Numbered from the stretch's first letter, positions 31,559 to 41,751 are shown. The stretch is 64,000 nt of DNA from an uncultured Acidobacteriota bacterium (GCA_963730095.1 CAVSQJ010000002.1:907427-971426); one strand, 5' to 3'. The notes: generated by a model from the letters alone, not told the origin. Program-made: numbers and translations.

Positions 31559-32735
31559 TCACACGCGCCTGGCGACGGCGTCGGCGAAACGCTCGAGGTC
31601 GGCGCGGTCGTTGTAGACCTGCGCAGACACGCGCGTCCATAGCCGGCCGTGTCCGGCGTGGACCTGGACTTCGATGCGATCGTCGAAGAGCAGCTCGTCG
31701 CGCAGGGCGGCGGCGTCGGCCGCCGAGGAGCCGAGCTTTTCGGGCAACGGCAGCGCCACCATCGCGGCGAAGTCGGCCGCGCTGACGCCGAGCGTCGTCC
31801 CCCAGCGGTCGCAAAGAAGCGCCGCCGCCGTGCACGCGAGATCGTGGTTGTACGCGCGGACGTCCGCATAGCCCAGGCGATCGAGAAAGCGGAGGCCTTC
31901 CGGCGCGGCGAGCCACGGCGACGGATCGCGCGTGCCGACCCAGTCGAACTCGGCCGTGAACCCAAGGTCGAGGCCCCACGAGATCACGGGCGGGTGCAGA
32001 GCAGCCTGCCGCGACGTGTGCGCCCAGAGAAAGCCACAGCTACGCGGGGCGTGCGCCCACTTGTGAAGGTTGGCGACGTACCAATCGATGCCAAGGGCCG
32101 GCATGTCGAGCGGAAGCACGCCGGGGGCATGCGCGCCATCGACGAGCACCGCGACGCCGCGCGCGCGACACGCATCGGCGATCTCCTTGAGCGGAAAGAC
32201 GAGCGCCGTTTCGGACGTGATGTGGTCGATCACCGCCACGCGCGTGCGCCTCGTGATCGCGCGCAGCGATCGACTCGACGAGCCGCGCGGGATCGAACGC
32301 CGGATACGGCACGGCCGCGGTAACGACGCGGGCCTGCCGCTCGCGCGCGACGAACGCGGCGACGCGCGCCGTCGCGCCGTAGTTGTGATCGGTCAGCAGC
32401 AGCTCGTCGCCGGGCTCGAGCGCGATCGATCGCAGCACCGCGTTCACGCCCGTCGTCGCATTGTCGACGAAGACGACGTCGGGCTCGCGCGCGCCGATGA
32501 AGCGGGCGACGTGTCCGGCGGCCTCGCGCATGCGCGTCGGCGTCTGCCTCGGCAGGCCGACCAGACCAGAGACGTCCCGCAGCAGGAATTTCGACGGCTG
32601 GCGCTCGACCTCGTCGCGAATCTTCTGCTGCGCGGCCAGCACGAGGCGCGGCACCGCGCCCACCGTGCCGTGGTTCAGATACGTCACATCCGCATCGAGC
32701 GCCCACTCGGCGCGCATCGCCCGGCCGAACGCCAT
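31559..32735 (-). pseudogene. class V (PLP) aminotransferase / isopenicillin-N-epimerase-like, one frame break at ~32257-32266
   Basis: ATG at 32735 after GGAGGA. ...YLNHGTVGAVP...FDPARLVESIAAR | ITRRTRVAVIDHITSETALVFPL...ANLHKWAHAP (PLP Lys). The junction lies in gcgcgcg and behaves as +1 or -2 nt. Confidence 0.8.
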
Positions 32736-32819
32736 ACTCGTCCTCCGAAGATCTCTGATCGTACCGGCATCCGCGACATAATCTGGCGGGATCGGTCCCA
32801 ATCAGGGAGAGGAAAACCC

Positions 32820-34190
32820 ATGAATACCGCAGCACCCGCCACCCCGGTCCAACAGCTGGCGTCCCTGTTTTCCGGCCGCGTCATCGAGCCAACTCACGAC
32901 GCGTACGACGCCGTGCGCAAGGTCCACAACGGTCTCATCGACAGGCGGCCGGCCTTCATCGCCGAGTGCCGCGGCGTCGCGGACGTCGTCGATGCGGTGA
33001 AGTTCGCGCGGGCGCACAAGCTGGAGATCGCGGTGCGCGGAGGCGGACACAACGTCGGCGGCCGGGCGACCGTCGACAAGGGGCTGATGATCGATCTCTC
33101 GCAGATGCGCGGCGTATTCGTCGATCCGAAGGCGCGCACCGCGCGGGCCGAGGGCGGGACGACGTGGAAGGTTTTCAATCGCGAGACGCAGGTCTACGGC
33201 CTGGCCACCACGGGCGGCGTCGTCGGCTCGACTGGCATCGGCGGCCTCACCCTGGGCGGCGGGCTCGGCTGGCTGATGCCGAAGTACGGTCTGGCGCTCG
33301 ACAATTTGCTCGCCGTCGACTTGGTGCTGGCGAACGGCGAGGTCGTGCGCGCGAGCGCCGACAGTCATCCAGATCTGTTCTGGGCCGTGCGCGGCGGCGG
33401 CGGCAACTTCGGGATCGCGACGTCGCTCGAGTACACGCTCCACCCGGTCGGGCCGATGGTCCACGGCGGGCTCGTAGCGTGGCCGTTCGCGATGGCACGC
33501 GACGTCATGCACCTGTTTCGCGACCTCACGACGAAGATCAACGACGACGTAATGGCCGTGTGCGCACTGCTGACCGCGCCGGACGGCCAGACCAAGCTCG
33601 CGGGCATCGGCGTCGGGCACTTTGGATCAGACGGTGAGGCGACGAAGGTACTCGCGCCGATCAAGAGCTTCAAGACGCCCGCTCTCGACGCGATGGGCCC
33701 GATCCCGTACGTCGCGATCAACGGGCTGCTCGACGCGGCGTTCCCCGCTGGCGCCAGGAACTACTGGAAGTCGGCGTTCTTGAGCGATCTGAGCGACGCG
33801 GCGATCGACACGCTCATCGATCGGTACGCGGGCTGTCCGACCCCGATGGGGCAGATCGTCCTGGAGCACTTCCATGGCGCGGCAACGCGCGTGCCCGTCT
33901 CGGCGACCGCGTACGCGATGCGCGGCGCGGGCTTCAACGTTGCCCTTATCTCGGAGTGGATGGATCGCGCGCACGACGACACGTGCATGACGTGGGCGAA
34001 GGACGCGCATCAGGCGCTCCAGCCGCACGGCGGCGCCTCGCGCTACATGAACTACATGGGCCACGACGAGGCGGTCGACGAGTCGCTCGCCGCCGCGTAC
34101 GGGCCGAACCTGCCGCGGCTCCGGGACATCAAGAAGAAGTACGACCCGGAGAACGTGTTCCATCTGAACGTCAACATCCGTCCGGCGTAA
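32820..34190 (+). CDS. FAD-binding oxidoreductase (FAD_binding_4 + BBE-like C-terminus)
   Basis: ATG at 32820 after GGGAGAGGA. EIAVRGGGHNVGG; C-terminal YMNYMG...KKKYDPENVFHLNVNI. Confidence 0.85.
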   Translation: MNTAAPATPVQQLASLFSGRVIEPTHDAYDAVRKVHNGLIDRRPAFIAECRGVADVVDAVKFARAHKLEIAVRGGGHNVGGRATVDKGLMIDLSQMRGVFVDPKARTARAEGGTTWKVFNRETQVYGLATTGGVVGSTGIGGLTLGGGLGWLMPKYGLALDNLLAVDLVLANGEVVRASADSHPDLFWAVRGGGGNFGIATSLEYTLHPVGPMVHGGLVAWPFAMARDVMHLFRDLTTKINDDVMAVCALLTAPDGQTKLAGIGVGHFGSDGEATKVLAPIKSFKTPALDAMGPIPYVAINGLLDAAFPAGARNYWKSAFLSDLSDAAIDTLIDRYAGCPTPMGQIVLEHFHGAATRVPVSATAYAMRGAGFNVALISEWMDRAHDDTCMTWAKDAHQALQPHGGASRYMNYMGHDEAVDESLAAAYGPNLPRLRDIKKKYDPENVFHLNVNIRPA

Positions 34191-34244
34191 TCGCGGCCGG
34201 ACGCCGACGAGAGACGTGCCAACCTTTTCCGGCCGGAGGCCGTC

Positions 34245-34250
34245 TATAAT
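34245..34250 (+). promoter_or_regulatory. TATAAT -10-like hexamer upstream of padR
   Basis: ccgtcTATAATcccg sits 24 nt upstream of the ATG at 34274. I saw no convincing -35. Confidence 0.3.
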
Positions 34251-34273
34251 CCCGACATTGTGAGAATTTAACG

Positions 34274-34597
34274 ATGGCCGACTGGCTGGGCGAATTCGAA
34301 CAGGTCGTGTTGTTTGCGGTCGCGCAGGTCGACGATGCGTATGGCGCGTCGGTCCGGGAAGCGATCGAGGAGCGGACGGGCCGGCAGGTGTCCGCTGGCG
34401 CGGTGTACACGACGCTCGATCGGCTCGAAGCGCGCGGCCTGGTCGCGTCGTGGTGGGGTGAGTCGACGCCGGAGCGCGGCGGCAAGCGCAAGCGGCATTT
34501 TCGACTGAAGCCCGCCGGCCGCGAGGCGCTCGCGCGATCCTGGCAGGCGATCCGGGCCATGGCGCGCGGGCTCGATCCGAAGGTGGTGAAGCCATGA
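34274..34597 (+). CDS. PadR-family transcriptional regulator
   Basis: FEQVVLFAV...GASVREAIEERTGRQVSAGAVYTTLDRLEARGLV winged-helix pattern. ATGA overlap with the downstream permease. Confidence 0.88.
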   Translation: MADWLGEFEQVVLFAVAQVDDAYGASVREAIEERTGRQVSAGAVYTTLDRLEARGLVASWWGESTPERGGKRKRHFRLKPAGREALARSWQAIRAMARGLDPKVVKP

Positions 34598-37242
34598 CGC
34601 CGCCACGGCTGCCCATGTGGCTGCTCGAGCGCGCGCTCGACCGCGAGACGAGCGAAGCCGTCGCCGGCGACCTCACCGAAGGCTTTCGTCGGCGTGCGGC
34701 GACGTCGCCCATCAGCGCGCGCGTGTGGTTGTGGCATCAAGCGCTCTCGTCGATATGGGCCGCGCGTGCGGCCAGGCGCAGTGACGCGTTGCCGTCGCCA
34801 GAACACAGCCGCGCGAGCCTCTTGAGCGGTGTCACCCAGGACGTGCGTTTTGCGCTGCGCGCCCTTCGGCGATCTCCGGCGTTTACGTTCGCGGCGGTCG
34901 CCACCCTCGCGATCGGCATCGGCGCGGCCGCGGCGATCGGCACGGCGGCCGATCGCGCGCTCCTTCGCCCGCTGCCCTATCCAACTGGCCACCGGCTCGT
35001 CTTCCTCGGCCACCCGAACAGCGACGGCTCGGTCGGCAACGTCGGGTTTCAGACCGTCCTCGACTGGCGCGCGCGATTGACGGCGTTCGACGAGCTCGCG
35101 ATCATCCGCGGCTGGACGCCAACACTCGTCGCCGAGGACGCCGCGTCGCCCGTCAACGGGATGAAGGTCAGCTGGAATTTCTTCCGGATGCTCGGCGTCC
35201 AGCCTGCGCTCGGCCGCGACTTCGCGGCGAGCGACGATGACCCGGATCACTGGCGGGTGGTGATCATCTCGAACGCGATGTGGCGGCGGCAGTACCACTC
35301 GCGTCTCGACATCGTCGGCACGACGATCGATTTCACCGGCCGGACGTTTCAGATCGTCGGCGTGCTGCCGGCGTCGTTCGATCCGCTCGTCGCGGAGCAT
35401 TTCTTCGGTGACGTGGACTTGTGGGCGCCGCTGGGCTACGCGGCGAATGGCGATTCGTCGTGCCGGTCGTGCCAGCATCTCCGGCTGGTGGGCCGGCTGC
35501 GTCCGGACGCCACGCTGCGGCAGGCGCTCGGCGAGGCCGCCTCTGTTCACGCGGATCTTCGTCGTCAGTACCCGCAGGACTACACAGAAGCGCCGCCAGT
35601 TGGCGTGATGCTGTCGGCCGAGATCGCGCGTCCGATGCGCGTGCCGCTGCAGGTCCTGCTGGGCGCCGTGTTGTTCGTGCTGCTCGTGGCGAGTACGAAC
35701 GTGGCGAGTCTGCTCATCGCGCGGGCCGCGGGCCGCGAGCGCGAGTTCGCGCTGCGCGCCGCGCTCGGCGCCGGCTGGGGACGACTCATCCGTCAACTCG
35801 TCACCGAAGCGATCGTGCTGGCCGCGGCCGCAGCGGTTCTCGGGCTGATCGTCGCGCGCTGGGGTCTGGTGGCCCTCGCCGAGTACGCGCCAGCCAGCAT
35901 TCCGCGCATCGATCGCGCCCCGGCCGATCCGGCGCTCGTCGTACTCGGCATTGCGACGACCGGGGTTGCGCTCGTCGCGTTCGGTGTGCTGCCGGCGTTG
36001 TTCTCCGGCCGTCCCAATCTCGAGGCGGTGTTGCGCACGACGCGACAGACTGCGTCGCGCCGATCGCTCAGCGCGCGCGAATGGCTGATGGCGGCGCAAG
36101 TCGCCGTCGCGCTCCTGCTCGTTGCCGGCGCCGGGCTCATGCATCGCACGGTCGAGCGGCTGCTCAGCGTCGATCCCGGATTTCGCGCGCACGGCGTGAT
36201 CTCGGCGGGCGTCTCGCTCAGCGGACCGGCCTGGGCCGAGATTTCGAAAGTGCGAGCGTTTCAAGACGATCTGCTCCAGCGCGTGCGCGCCCTGCCTGGC
36301 GTCGAACACGCGGCGCTTGCGGGCCAGATTCCGCTGGGCGGAAACTACGACCGCTGGGGCTTTCACATCGAGGGACGCGCGTACGCGAGCGAAGCCGACG
36401 CGCCAGAAGCGGAGCGCTACTCGGCGACGCCCGACTACTTCGCGACGATGCAGATTCCGCTGAAGCAGGGGCGACTGTTTACCGATGCGGACGTGGCCGA
36501 CGGCGATCTCGTGATGCTCGTGAACGAAACAGCCGCGCGGACGATGTGGCCAGGTGCGGGTCCGATCGGCGCCCGCGTGCGCGTCGGCGGCACGACCGCG
36601 AAGTTCCGGACCATCGTCGGTATCGTCGGCGACGTGCGTCATTACGCGCTCGGCGAGCCGCCAACGCCGCAGATGTACCTGCCGATGCAGCAGGCCACGG
36701 ATACGAGCCTGATCCTCGTTGCGCGCGTCAGCGGCGATCCGTCGGCCGTGATTTCGCCGATTCGCGGGCTCGTCACGTCGATGGCGCACGACGTGCCCGT
36801 GTTCGATGTCGCGACGCTCGACGAGCGGCTGGATCGCTCGGTCGCCTCGCGGACGTTCCTCATGTTCCTGCTTGGGCTCTTCGCGCTGGCGACGCTCGCG
36901 ATCGCGGCCGTCGGGCTATACGGCGTGGTCTCCGAGAGCATTGCCGCGCGGCATCGCGAGGTCGGCATCCGGCTCGCGCTGGGCGCCGCGCGCGGAGAGA
37001 TCGCGTGGCTCGCCGCCCGGCGCGGCCTGCGACTCGCCGTCGTCGGTGTCATCGTCGGGCTTGGCGCATCGTCGCTCTGCGGACGATTGCTCGGCGGTCA
37101 GCTCTACAACACGGCGCCGACCGATCCGGCGGTGCTCGCCGGATCCGCCGTTGCTCTGCTGCTCGTCACGGTCGTGGCGCATATCGCGCCGATTCGGCGC
37201 GCGCTCGGCGTCGACCCGGCCGTCGCGCTTCGCAACGAGTAA
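34594..37242 (+). CDS. ADOP-family duplicated permease with ~75-aa N-terminal extension, coupled to PadR
   Basis: DVRFALRALRRSPAFTFAAVATLAIGIGAAAA...LLRPLPYPTGHRL. Same architecture as 24888..27380. Confidence 0.85.
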   Translation: MTPPRLPMWLLERALDRETSEAVAGDLTEGFRRRAATSPISARVWLWHQALSSIWAARAARRSDALPSPEHSRASLLSGVTQDVRFALRALRRSPAFTFAAVATLAIGIGAAAAIGTAADRALLRPLPYPTGHRLVFLGHPNSDGSVGNVGFQTVLDWRARLTAFDELAIIRGWTPTLVAEDAASPVNGMKVSWNFFRMLGVQPALGRDFAASDDDPDHWRVVIISNAMWRRQYHSRLDIVGTTIDFTGRTFQIVGVLPASFDPLVAEHFFGDVDLWAPLGYAANGDSSCRSCQHLRLVGRLRPDATLRQALGEAASVHADLRRQYPQDYTEAPPVGVMLSAEIARPMRVPLQVLLGAVLFVLLVASTNVASLLIARAAGREREFALRAALGAGWGRLIRQLVTEAIVLAAAAAVLGLIVARWGLVALAEYAPASIPRIDRAPADPALVVLGIATTGVALVAFGVLPALFSGRPNLEAVLRTTRQTASRRSLSAREWLMAAQVAVALLLVAGAGLMHRTVERLLSVDPGFRAHGVISAGVSLSGPAWAEISKVRAFQDDLLQRVRALPGVEHAALAGQIPLGGNYDRWGFHIEGRAYASEADAPEAERYSATPDYFATMQIPLKQGRLFTDADVADGDLVMLVNETAARTMWPGAGPIGARVRVGGTTAKFRTIVGIVGDVRHYALGEPPTPQMYLPMQQATDTSLILVARVSGDPSAVISPIRGLVTSMAHDVPVFDVATLDERLDRSVASRTFLMFLLGLFALATLAIAAVGLYGVVSESIAARHREVGIRLALGAARGEIAWLAARRGLRLAVVGVIVGLGASSLCGRLLGGQLYNTAPTDPAVLAGSAVALLLVTVVAHIAPIRRALGVDPAVALRNE

Positions 37243-37277
37243 GCGCGTTCTGGTCTATTCTCTGGGGCGGCTCGACC

Positions 37278-37853
37278 GTGCCACTGCCATCACTCGCCAT
37301 CGTTCCAGCGGCCGGCCGGTCGGAGCGATTTGGCCGTCAGAAGCTGCTCGAAGATGTCGGCGGCGAGCCGCTGATCAACCGGACGATTCGGTGTCTGTTC
37401 GACGGCGGCGTCGATCGTGTGATCGTCGTCACGTCGCCCGGCGAGCGATTCGAGGCGGTGCCGCTCGTGCGCGACGCGCGCGTGCGACTTGTCGAAAATC
37501 CTGATCCGTCGCGCGGCATGTTCTCGTCGATTCAGGCTGGCCTCGGCGCGGCGCCGGAGAGCGAACCGATTCTGCTGCTTCCCGGCGACATGCCGTTCGT
37601 CGCGACCACCACGGTTGCCGCGGTGCTCGCGCGCCCGGCCGCTCCCGGGCGCGTCGTCGTGCCGCGGTTCGACGGCACGCGCGGCCACCCGCTCGCGTTG
37701 CCGAGGTCGCTCGGAAGTGAGATTCTGAAGGCCGACGCCCGCTCGAACCTGAGCGAGCTGCTGACCGCGCTGGGCGTCGTGCGCGAGTATGTGGACGTCG
37801 CCGATCCCGGCGTCGTCCGCGACGTGGACGTCAGAGGAGATCTGGATCGATGA
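37278..37853 (+). CDS. MobA/MocA-like nucleotidyltransferase (molybdenum cofactor cytidylyl/guanylyl-transferase family)
   Basis: In-frame GTG at 37278 within ORF 35421..37853. LAIVPAAGRSERFG...LLLPGDMPF motifs. Confidence 0.7.
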   Translation: MPLPSLAIVPAAGRSERFGRQKLLEDVGGEPLINRTIRCLFDGGVDRVIVVTSPGERFEAVPLVRDARVRLVENPDPSRGMFSSIQAGLGAAPESEPILLLPGDMPFVATTTVAAVLARPAAPGRVVVPRFDGTRGHPLALPRSLGSEILKADARSNLSELLTALGVVREYVDVADPGVVRDVDVRGDLDR

Positions 37854-38965
37854 CGGCCGCCCTGTACCGGCGATTGCGCGAGCTCGAGCGCGACGGCGCC
37901 CGCGTGGCGATCGCGACTGTCGTGCGCACGCAGGGCAGCACGCCCCAGGTCGCCGGCGCGAAGCTCATCGTCACCGACGATCCGCAAGCGCGGCCGGCCG
38001 GCACGCTCGGCGGCGGGTGCGTCGAGGCCGACGCCGTCGACGCGGCGCGCGAGGTCATCGTGGCGGGCGGGCAGTCGGTGCGCGCGTACGAGCTCACCGA
38101 GGAGCTCGCATGGAACACGGGGCTGGTCTGCGGCGGCACGATGTGGATTCTGGCGGAGCGGGGCAGCGACGCGCTCAGCGTCAACGGCCAGTCGATGTTG
38201 GGTGCCCTCGCGGATGCCGCGTCGGGCGGCGTGCCGATCGCGATCGTCACGCGTCTCCGCCGGCGCGGCCGCGAGCTGTCGTTCGCCGGCCGCGTGTTCG
38301 TCGATGCCGACGGGCAGGTGACGGGCACGTTCGACGACCGCGCGCCAGACGCGCGCGTCGTTTCGGCCGCGGTGGATCAGCTTCGCCATGGCACGCCGCG
38401 CGTGATTTCTGAGGACGATGAGCACGACGTGTTGATCGAACCTGTGGCGCCGCGGCCGCGAATCTTCGTTGCCGGTGGCGGACACGTCGCGCTCGCGATC
38501 GCGCGGCAGGCGCAGCTCATCGATTTCGACGTCACGATCCTCGAGGACCGGCCGGAGTTCGCCGACCCCGCGCGCTTCGGCGGCGCGACCGTGCTCCAGG
38601 GCGACGTGCCTCAGACGATCGCGTCGCTCGAGTACGGCTGGAATAGCTATCTCGTCGTGGCAACACGTGGGCACAAGCTCGACGCCGACTGCGTGCTCGC
38701 GGCCGCGCGAACGACTGTCGGGTACATCGGCCTCCTCGGCAGCCGGCGCAAGACCGTGCTCATCGCGGACATGCTGCGGCAGGAGCTCGTGTCGGACGAG
38801 CGCATCCAGGCGATCCACGCGCCGATTGGCCTCGACCTTGGCGGCCGCACGCCGGCGGAGATCGCGCTCTCCGTGCTCGCCGAGATCACGCAGCGGCGCT
38901 ACCAGGCGTCGGGCCGGCCGCTCGGCCAGCGGCTGCAGCACGAGAGCACGCGCGGACAGGATTGA
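37850..38965 (+). CDS. XdhC/CoxI-family molybdoenzyme maturation protein
   Basis: ATGA overlap. N-terminal VAIATVVRTQGSTPQVAGAKL, C-terminal Rossmann-like RIFVAGGGHVALAIA...LVVATRGHKLD. Confidence 0.8.
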   Translation: MTAALYRRLRELERDGARVAIATVVRTQGSTPQVAGAKLIVTDDPQARPAGTLGGGCVEADAVDAAREVIVAGGQSVRAYELTEELAWNTGLVCGGTMWILAERGSDALSVNGQSMLGALADAASGGVPIAIVTRLRRRGRELSFAGRVFVDADGQVTGTFDDRAPDARVVSAAVDQLRHGTPRVISEDDEHDVLIEPVAPRPRIFVAGGGHVALAIARQAQLIDFDVTILEDRPEFADPARFGGATVLQGDVPQTIASLEYGWNSYLVVATRGHKLDADCVLAAARTTVGYIGLLGSRRKTVLIADMLRQELVSDERIQAIHAPIGLDLGGRTPAEIALSVLAEITQRRYQASGRPLGQRLQHESTRGQD

Positions 38966-39021
38966 TCGCGTAGCATTCGCATCACGAGCACTAGATGCGG
39001 CGATGACGACGGTGCCGCGAC

Positions 39022-39960
39022 CTAACGGATCTTGCGGCACGCCGCGGCGAGCGCGGCGTCGATCGCGGGATAGCTGAACGTGAATCCGAGATCAAGCGCG
39101 CGCTTTGGGACCACGCGCTGGCCGTTGATCAAGCCCGCGTCCGCGAGCTCGCCGACCATCACGCGGAGCGCGAAGGCCGGCACCGGCAGCCAGCTCGGAC
39201 GATGGACCGCGCGGCCGAGCGCCCTTGAGAACTGCGCGCTCGTCACTGGCTCGGGCGCTGTAGCGTTGAACACGCCGGACGCGCTCGTTGTCGCGATCGC
39301 CCACGAGAGGAGCCCGGTCCAGTCCTCCAGCTCGATCCACGAGAGATATTGCCGCCCGGACGCAATCGGGCCGCCGACGAAGAACAGAAACGGCGGCAGC
39401 ATCTTCTTCAGCGCGCCGCCGTGCCGCGCGAGGACGACGCCGTTGCGGACGATGACGAGGCGCGCGCCGAGCGCTTCCACCGCGCGTGCTTCCGCTTCCC
39501 ACGTCAAACACAGCTGCGCGAGAAAATCTGATCCCGGCGGCGCCGACTCGTCGAGAATCTCGTCGCCCGTCGTGCCGTAGTAGCCGACGCCCGAGGCTTG
39601 AATGAACACCGGCGGCCGTCGTGCGGTCGCGCGGACCGCCGCGACCAGGCTTCGCGTGCTCAGCGTGCGGCTCTCGACGAGCGCCTGCTTGCGCGCCTTC
39701 GTCCATCGCTTGTCCGCGATGCCTTCGCCGGCAAGATTGACGATCGCGTCCGCGCCGTCGATCTCCGCGGCCCAGCCCGTCGGCCGTCCCGCTTCAACCG
39801 GCGGAGCGGAGCCGTCCGGCCGCCACGCCACGCGCCGCACGCGGCCTTGCGTCGAGCTCGATTGTCGAGTGAAGACGACGACGTCGTGTCCGCCGGCGAT
39901 GAGGCGCGCGGTGAGCGCTCGACCGAGGAATCCTGAGCCGCCGGCGAGAATGACCTTCAT
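39022..39960 (-). CDS. TIGR01777/YfcH-like NAD-dependent epimerase (DUF1731 C-terminus)
   Basis: ATG at 39960: MKVILAGGSGFLGRAL. The upstream 36 codons of ORF 39022..40068 read through the repeat element and are rejected. Confidence 0.8.
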   Translation of the reverse strand: MKVILAGGSGFLGRALTARLIAGGHDVVVFTRQSSSTQGRVRRVAWRPDGSAPPVEAGRPTGWAAEIDGADAIVNLAGEGIADKRWTKARKQALVESRTLSTRSLVAAVRATARRPPVFIQASGVGYYGTTGDEILDESAPPGSDFLAQLCLTWEAEARAVEALGARLVIVRNGVVLARHGGALKKMLPPFLFFVGGPIASGRQYLSWIELEDWTGLLSWAIATTSASGVFNATAPEPVTSAQFSRALGRAVHRPSWLPVPAFALRVMVGELADAGLINGQRVVPKRALDLGFTFSYPAIDAALAAACRKIR

Positions 39961-40113
39961 CGGGTACGACGGGTACGACGGTACGTCGGGTGCGTCAGGT
40001 ACGTCGGGTACGAGGAACGAGCTGACGCGCGTCATCATTCTATTGAAAACGAAGATGACGAAGATCACAGTTCCTTGTACCTGACGTACCTGACGTACCT
40101 GACGTACCGACGC
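39961..40113. repeat. composite palindromic element: arms of 9-nt GGTACGTCA/GGGTACGAC units around a ~50-nt core with its own small inverted repeat
   Basis: Left arm gggtacgac gggtacgac ggtacgtc gggtgcgtca ggtacgtc gggtacgag gaac. Core cgtcatc...gatgacg. Right arm gttccttgtacctgac gtacctgac gtacctgac gtaccgacg. Confidence 0.85.
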
Positions 40114-40644
40114 TCACGGTGAGCGGGATATCGCTGTCGAACGCGCCGCTGAAGCTGTCGAAGCTGACCTCGCCACTTGCGCTGCTATCGAGCCGCGCGT
40201 TGATGCGGCCGCTGAACGTCTTCGCGTGGATCGGCGACTTCGCACCGTCCACGGTGATGTCGCCCGAGAACGTCTCGAGCGTCTCCGCGCCCGTGATGCC
40301 CCTGATATCGAGGTCGCTCGAGAAGCCATAGATGTCGAGCATTGCCGCGGCCGGCACCTGGATGTCGAACGTCGTCTCGACGACGTTGTCGTTGTTGTGA
40401 TCGCGCCAGGCGTCGTCGCGCTTGTTGGCGTCGATGGTGATCGTGTCGCCAGTCGTCTGGATGTCGAGCGTGATGTGGTCGAGCTGGTCGCGACGCGCAT
40501 TGCGCACCGCCTTGATGACGACGTCGTTGCAACGCGGACCGTGCGGTTCACGGTCTCGGTTTCCCGCTGAGCCGCGAGCGCCGGAATGGCGAGCGCAAGC
40601 GCGGCGGCGGCGATCGTGGCTGACGGTCCGATTCTCGTCGACAT
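40040..40644 (-). pseudogene. DUF4097-family beta-strand-repeat protein, disrupted (frame change plus apparent internal deletion at ~40526-40535); 3' end runs into the repeat element
   Basis: ATG at 40644: MSTRIGPSATIAAAALALAIPALAAQRETETVNRTVRVA (signal peptide). In another frame: DVVIKAVRNARRDQLDHITLDIQTTGDTITIDANK...ETFSGDITVDG...KTFSGRINA...FDSFSGAFDSDIPLTVSVGTSGTSGTSGT*. The segment usually found between these parts seems missing. Confidence 0.6.
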
Positions 40645-40668
40645 GGCTGGTCCTCGGACGAAGTAGAC

Positions 40669-40680
40669 GGGGCCGGCCCC
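40669..40680 (-). terminator. GGGGCCGGCCCC palindrome after the hisC-like gene
   Basis: A 12-nt perfect palindrome 15 nt downstream of the stop at 40695. No T tract follows. Confidence 0.25.
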
Positions 40681-40694
40681 AACCGCAGACGGGA

Positions 40695-41741
40695 TTAGAG
40701 GGAGGACGTGTCCAACGCTCGCCCCAGCGCGTCGAGGCACCGTGTCGTATGCGCCAGCACGCCGGTCGTGATCCGGACGGCGCCCGTGCAGCCGGCCTGG
40801 TGCGAGCGGCCGCTGATGAGGATGCCTTCGGCGGCGAGCGCTTTCATCGCGGCCGCGGCGCGGTCGCCCAGTTGCACGAGGACGAAGTTGCCGTCGCTCT
40901 TCCAGGAGCGCAGGCCTCGCTCGGCGCAGAAATCGTAGACGGCCTGTTTGCTCGCGGCCACCTGCGCGAGGTACCACGCCAAGTGCGAGCGGTCGGCGAG
41001 CGCGGCCTCGAGCGCGCGAAGCGCGACCGCGTTCACCGCGAACGGCGGCAGCGCGCGGCGCATCGGCTCGAGCGTGTCGGGATGCGCCACGAGCGCGCCG
41101 ACGCGCATGCCCGCGAGGCCGAACGCCTTCGAGAACGTGCGGCCGACGAGCAGGTTGCGATAGCGATCGAGCGCCGGCCCGATGATGCTGCGGCCGCTGA
41201 ACTCTGCGTAGGCTTCGTCTTTCACGACGAGCGCGTCGGGCAGCGCCGCCGCCGCGCGCTCGGCCGTGCCCTCGGGAATTGGCTGACCCGTCGGGTTGTT
41301 CGGATCGGTCAGATAGACGAGGCGCGTGCGCGCCGTGAGCGCACGCGCGAGCGCGGCGGCCGGAAACTCGAAATCCGGTCCCGGCGGCACGCGCTCGATC
41401 GCGAAGCCGACGCCCGTGATGTAGATCTCGTACATCTCGAATGCGGGATCGACGACAACGGCCGTCGGCTTCTTGCCATCGGGCGGCGCCGGCCGCAGCC
41501 GCGCGATCTCCGCGACGACGCGCAACCCGTCGTCGAGCCCGTCGGTGAGCTGCACCCAGCCAGGCTCGACGCCCAAATACCGCTCGGCCGCCGTCGTGGC
41601 CGCCGCCGCGTTCGGGTACGTCGACACATCGAGCGCGTCGAGCCCGCGAATCGCCGCGAGCACCGCCGGCGAGCAGCCCGCAGTGTTTTCGTTGAGATGG
41701 AGGCGAAGGGTCGTTCGCGGATCAGGCAGCAGGAAGGGCAT
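40695..41741 (-). CDS. histidinol-phosphate aminotransferase family (class I/II PLP aminotransferase)
   Basis: LRLHLNENTAGCSP, DPNNPTG, RTFSKAFGLAGMRVG (PLP Lys). Confidence 0.8.
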   Translation of the reverse strand: MPFLLPDPRTTLRLHLNENTAGCSPAVLAAIRGLDALDVSTYPNAAAATTAAERYLGVEPGWVQLTDGLDDGLRVVAEIARLRPAPPDGKKPTAVVVDPAFEMYEIYITGVGFAIERVPPGPDFEFPAAALARALTARTRLVYLTDPNNPTGQPIPEGTAERAAAALPDALVVKDEAYAEFSGRSIIGPALDRYRNLLVGRTFSKAFGLAGMRVGALVAHPDTLEPMRRALPPFAVNAVALRALEAALADRSHLAWYLAQVAASKQAVYDFCAERGLRSWKSDGNFVLVQLGDRAAAAMKALAAEGILISGRSHQAGCTGAVRITTGVLAHTTRCLDALGRALDTSSL

Positions 41742-41751
41742 CGCGTATAGA

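Noticed and set aside
34171-36789. 872-aa minus-strand ORF antisense to the PadR-coupled ADOP permease. The same kind of ORF occurs at 10863..13583, 16212..18176, 17989..20220, 2865..5069 and 51155..52969.
   Set aside because: The reasoning is the same. The composition is Arg-rich and GC3 is poor relative to the sense genes, which carry clear family motifs.
35421-37277. Upstream 619 codons of ORF 35421..37853
   Set aside because: It lies entirely out of frame within the ADOP permease and is Arg-rich. Only the part from the GTG at 37278 shows nucleotidyltransferase motifs.
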